Shown one piece after another: positions 63,664 through 64,000 of a DNA stretch of 64,000 nucleotides. Within the stretch, counting starts at the first letter, position 1; the number at the start of each line of letters is the position of its first letter. The DNA is from Cyanophora paradoxa CCMP329 (taxonomy: Eukaryota > Plantae > Glaucophyta), in the NCBI GenBank assembly GCA_004431415.1, contig QPMI01000137.1, positions 5,870-69,869 on the forward strand, written 5' to 3'. The position numbers and the translations under genes were made by a program. The notes beneath the pieces are model-generated. The model had not been told where the DNA came from, did not search any database, and was given only the letters and a program-made list of their open reading frames with translations.

Positions 63664-64000
63664 TTACTTGGGCATGAAGAAATTCCTGACGCGCTCTCCC
63701 TCCTCGTGCAGCGCCCACTGCAGCCGGTCGATGACGGCGGCCATCACGGGCGGGCTCGCGGCGGGGTTCTTCGCGTACGCCCGGGCGTCCTCTGCCATCT
63801 GGGGTGGTACTGCTCGACGCGCTTGGCGTAGCTCGCGATGGCGCGGCGGGTGCACCGATCCAGGTCAGCCGCCATTTCCGCCGGTGCCTTCGGCTGCTGC
63901 TGCTTCTTTCGCGCGTAAGTCCTAAGAAGCCAAGGGTAGGCCGCGGTGCTGCTGCTGGAGTTGCTGGGCGCTGGAGCCTCGCGCTGGGGGCTGGTGTCGC
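63664..64000 (-). CDS. Viral hypothetical protein, 3' part only
   Basis: Coding-like ORF ending VIDRLQWALHEEGERVRNFFMPK*, just before the next promoter motif. Confidence 0.45.

Larger units (their letters stand above)
49190..64000. mobile_element. Endogenous dsDNA virus (probably Polinton-like), left part; continues beyond window
   Basis: Compact, largely intron-free gene array with fibre, S74, FN3, penton-like and HNH genes and a shared upstream motif; major capsid protein, packaging ATPase, polymerase and integrase not recognised in window. Confidence 0.8.

Overview
GC-rich eukaryotic nuclear DNA with many short introns. A flagellated, phycobilisome-bearing alga such as a glaucophyte is inferred from Phe-led transit peptides, an FxxM linker-like gene and ciliary-type genes. 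Positions 1-48.8 kb hold host genes: TBC Rab-GAP, plastid ferredoxin-domain protein, NWE-motif ciliary protein, ApcG-like linker, PEX19, dymeclin, NVL/Rix7 with two intronic C/D snoRNAs, DnaJB12-like, calcineurin A, M41-like plastid protein, SHIPPO-repeat protein and a BOD1/Shg1-domain protein. The intergenic DNA is a patchwork of repeats: an intron-containing Fanzor1 3' fragment with three copies of its right end (putative omegaRNA), a chimera carrying a captured dymeclin fragment, a 3-kb foldback element, a hAT-type MITE and tandem arrays. Repeat copies show a recurrent X -> X-rc(X)-X micro-insertion signature. From about 49.2 kb to the window end lies a compact, largely intron-free endogenous dsDNA virus segment, probably Polinton-like. 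It carries an HNH nuclease, FN3/Gly-rich and S74-chaperone fibres, a giant fibre/coiled-coil gene, a penton-like gene, one shared promoter motif and telomere-like (GGGACTT)n arrays. All calls are by eye, with no database searches, and many exon boundaries are approximate.
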